Source of the DNA: Chiloscyllium plagiosum
Taxonomy: Eukaryota
DNA: 64,000 bases
Assembly (NCBI RefSeq): GCF_004010195.1
Contig: NC_057749.1
Span: 7,461,416 to 7,525,415, forward strand
Reading direction: 5' to 3'
The notes under the pieces are model-generated. The model was given only the letters and a program-made list of their open reading frames with translations. It was not told where the DNA came from and made no database searches. A program made the translations under genes and the position numbers. Below, piece after piece: positions 62,625 through 64,000 of this stretch (the first letter of the stretch is position 1; the number at the start of each line of letters is the position of its first letter).

Positions 62625-63245
62625 AGGCTTGCATTTGTATGGCGTCCTTTCCCTACCATAGGTCACTTTAAAGTACTTCACAACTGAAGAAACATCCCTT
62701 GCAGAATAATCCCTGTTGCACGCAAAATCGGTAGCTAATTTGTACACAGCAGGATCCCAGACACAGTAAGTGCGACAAGAATGGATTATCTATTTTAAGG
62801 ATTTTAAGGAGTACACATTAATTTGAATGTCTGAAGATAGCACCCCTTTTCTTCTGCTGATATAGAGCCCTAGTATGTGTTATGGCCAGTTGAGAATGGA
62901 ATTAACTGTCAGAGGAAGTGGTGGAGGCTGGTACAATTACAACATTGAAAAGGCATCTGGATGGATACATGAACAGTAAGTGTTCAGAGGGAGATGGGCC
63001 AAATGCTGGCAAATGGGACTAGATCAACATGGACAAGTTAGACAGAAGGGTCTGTTTTTGTGTTGTACATCTCTATGACTCTATGAGAGACAGCTGACAT
63101 GGCCTTGAATGTAAAGCCTTATGGGAGAATAGTTCTTCTGTCAGTACAGCACTCCCCCCACTGCAGTGCCAGCCAAATCTTAAAATCTCTGGAGTGGGAC
63201 ATGAATCAATGATTTTATGTCTCAAAGGCAAAAGAGCTACTGGCA
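62625..63245 (-). mobile_element. Deu-domain-like SINE split by a short plus-strand CR1 tail (62897-63086)
   Basis: cttgcatttgtatggcg tail; tctctggagtgggacatgaatc head; insert reads EEVVEAGTITTLKRHLD. Confidence 0.55.
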
Positions 63246-63513
63246 ACAGGATTCAACATCCCTTACACATTAAAGAGCTTTTTGCTTTCTATTCAAAGGT
63301 GGTGAGTATCATTTTTCTTCCAATGCTTCTGCAAAGCATCTTTCAACATAAAATTTAGCACAGTATTGGAACTCTGCAAAGGTACATAGTTACATATGAC
63401 ATGTACTGTGTTAAGCATCTGTGATACCTTTGCATTGCAATGATGCAATGGAGTAGGGCACGTAGAAACATTAACGTGTCACCAAGAAGCTCCTCTGCAC
63501 ATTATTACCAAAG

Positions 63514-63676
63514 TCAGAAATCACACGACACCAAGTTACAGTCCAACGTGGACATCACCCGACAAAGGGGCAGTGCTCCGAAAGCTTGTGAATTCAAATA
63601 AACCTGCCGGATTATTACCTGGTGTTGTGTGACCTCTGACTTTGTCCACCCCAGTCCAACACCAGCAGCTCCACAT
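63514..63676. mobile_element. PLE family B module with a short inverted arm
   Basis: TSD cattatt(a/g)ccaaag at 63500-63513 and 63677-63690; gctccGAAAGCTTgtg half-core. Confidence 0.8.
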
Positions 63677-64000
63677 CATTATTGCCAAAGGCAACAACAT
63701 GCTCAAAATAAACAGATTAGCCCCAGGAAGGAAAAAATAAAGCAAAAAAAGAACAAAGAGAGAGGCGGCGGGGGAAAATAAAAGTTCCGCTTTTATTTTC
63801 CGCAGGCAGTCAATGAGTATTTCCTTTTGAATTGTAGCAATCTTCTCATGCAAGAAACGAGCATCTAACTTGTGCACAGCAAGATCCCACAATGGGAGAG
63901 GGGTACATTACCACATTGTTCCTTTCTGATAATCCTGATGAGAGATAAAGTGTGGGTCAGGATACGTTCCCTGGTCTTCTTGCACTGAGAGAGATCCCCT

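Overview
Eukaryotic, repeat-dense non-coding DNA. The repeat families point to a cartilaginous fish, most likely a shark (inference). I find no convincing host protein-coding exon; the window looks intronic or intergenic. Much of it is decayed retroelement sequence: CR1-clade LINE 3' fragments, HE1/V-SINE-like tRNA SINEs, Deu-domain-like SINEs, a further tRNA-SINE family, and L2-like and Rex/Babar-like fragments. There are also two solo LTRs and Tigger-like DNA elements. The most distinctive system is a population of short Penelope-like-element (PLE) terminal modules. Many are palindromic with 8-17 bp target-site duplications (TSDs) and carry minimal hammerhead-ribozyme cores (CTGANGA...GAAA plus a palindromic stem III). 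They sit alongside a young-looking GIY-YIG PLE ORF fragment (46900-47781) that ends, across a sequencing gap, in the same terminal sequence. Hammerheads in PLEs are a known phenomenon, so I claim no new system, only local features worth testing. Other oddities are a 166-bp inverted templated insertion inside a SINE, a 21-bp minisatellite bracketed by inverted repeats, local duplications, and several repeat-free islands with clustered homeodomain/PBX/RFX-type motifs (candidate enhancers). Family names come from recalled motif similarity, not database searches. Repeat boundaries are approximate unless a TSD is quoted.
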